A stretch of DNA of 63,271 bases, counting the filler, from Porpidia crustulata (lineage: Eukaryota), in NCBI GenBank assembly GCA_964255105.1. It is 9 parts of 9 records of this genome, joined end to end, with 100 filler letters (N's around TTAATTAATTAA, not from the genome) between each part and the next. Parts side by side here need not be neighbours in the genome. Positions count along the whole stretch, not along the records: positions 56,350 to 63,271 come from CAXUWE010001426.1; 8 more parts are not named here. The stretch is one strand, 5' to 3'. Made by a program: the position numbers and the translations under genes. This document shows positions 62,223 to 63,271 of this stretch, in pieces (position 1 is the first letter of the stretch; every line of letters starts with the position of its first letter). A model generated the notes under the pieces. It saw nothing but the letters and a program-made list of their open reading frames with translations. It did no database searches and had not been told where the DNA came from.

Positions 62223-62752
62223 TGTATGATCAGACGTACACGACCGCCTGTTAGCATATGAGGATTAGTGATTCCACACACACCCGTAGTGTATCAATGC
62301 GTAGCCTTCCATGTAGTTCAAGGAAATCCACATGGATTATCAGCTATTCTACAAGCAACAGCTCGAATGATCCCGGATATCCTCGGTGAATAATACAAGA
62401 CGACATTCTTTCGACGCATCTAGCATACTAATTGTCGTAGCCTCAGCTGTCAAGGTTAGAGCTCGAGTAGACTTTCAATCTGATAGAGATGAAAAATTAC
62501 TGAGGACTGCAGAGTACGAAGGCTGCAGAGGGTGAGAGGGACATAAAAGCACTACGTAGAGCTTCGTTCCGCGAGCTAGAGCGATAAGATACGCTAGCGG
62601 AACAACTTCCGCGCAGCCAAAGGATTTTGTTCTCATCCCATGTGCCCATCCACCATCCACGCCATCTTAAAACCCATCTTACGACCCATCCTTTCCTTCC
62701 TCCATAGCTCTCCTAGGCTCCTTCTCGCCTTCAACTTCACAAACGCCTCAAA

Positions 62753-63271
62753 ATGGAATCACGGGGCAGTATTCTAGCCAAGCGCCACCCCCTTCAACGC
62801 CTGACCTCCCCCTCCCGCGGTGTCTCCTCCCTCGTCCACGTAAGCGCAACTTAGCCTCATCCTCAATACACACCGCTGATCCCAGGAGTTTGCGGGCCTA
62901 TCAAGTTTTGCTGCCTCGTTCAAATAGTACATCACTCCCCATCCATGCTATTCACTCAAATTCTCAGCTGACTCTCAATTTACAGTCTCATCGACTACCC
63001 CAGCCCAATGTGAATCAATCCCGCCGTGAGCCTGTACGAGGGACATCGTAGGCACCGAATTTCGGAACCTTCTGACACGCTCCAACAGTAATGACTCATA
63101 TGGCTGGCACTTCCAGTACCTGACCATCATCGGTCTCTCCCTCGCGACGCTCACCTTTGCGCTCGGCTCCCTGGCCGACATCACACTCTCGCCGCTGCTA
63201 TTCCGATGGAAGAACACGCTATCAGTGTGCTCGGTGCCCATCGAAGTATTGATCAGCGTCCTATACTGGAC
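62753..63271 (+). CDS. FAR-17a/AIG1-like integral membrane protein, 5' part
   Basis: ATG 62753, MESRGSILAKRHPLQRLTSPSRG... After three short introns it reads YLIDYPSPINDSYGWHFQYLTIIGL..LADIT..KNTLSVCSVPIEVLISVLYW. GWHFQYLT is the family motif. Runs off the window. Confidence 0.85.

Overview
Eukaryotic (filamentous ascomycete, Pezizomycotina-type) genomic DNA with short GT-AG spliceosomal introns. The window is not one locus. It is nine separately assembled ~6.92-6.96 kb contigs in descending length order, joined by artificial 100-nt spacers (44 N + TTAATTAATTAA + 44 N), so adjacency is only meaningful within a contig. Most contigs carry ordinary housekeeping genes: a WD40 protein, carnitine acetyltransferase, DUF924, peptidyl-tRNA hydrolase, RRP7, SAD1, proteasome beta-4, RRP9, TIM22, a sulfite-oxidase-family molybdoenzyme, RMD5/GID2, STB2/6-like, thiamine pyrophosphokinase, an SDR, three Zn2Cys6 factors and FAR-17a/AIG1-like. 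The most interesting contig is 14106-21054. It contains a degraded, intron-containing DUF3435-type tyrosine recombinase (Starship 'captain'-like) that is invisible in the ORF track. Downstream of it lie a MARVEL / RTA1 / Zn2Cys6 module, whose transcription factor has an internal TAA, and a hAT transposon remnant with two element ends arranged back-to-back. Other accessory signals are a frameshifted PD-(D/E)xK-like gene between AT-rich segments, a transition-riddled MITE, a decayed P450 beside an SDR and a TF, an apparently divergent proteasome beta-4, and a Thr-rich pentapeptide-repeat protein. All family assignments come from motif recognition by eye, not from database searches. No rRNA, tRNA or CRISPR array was recognised.
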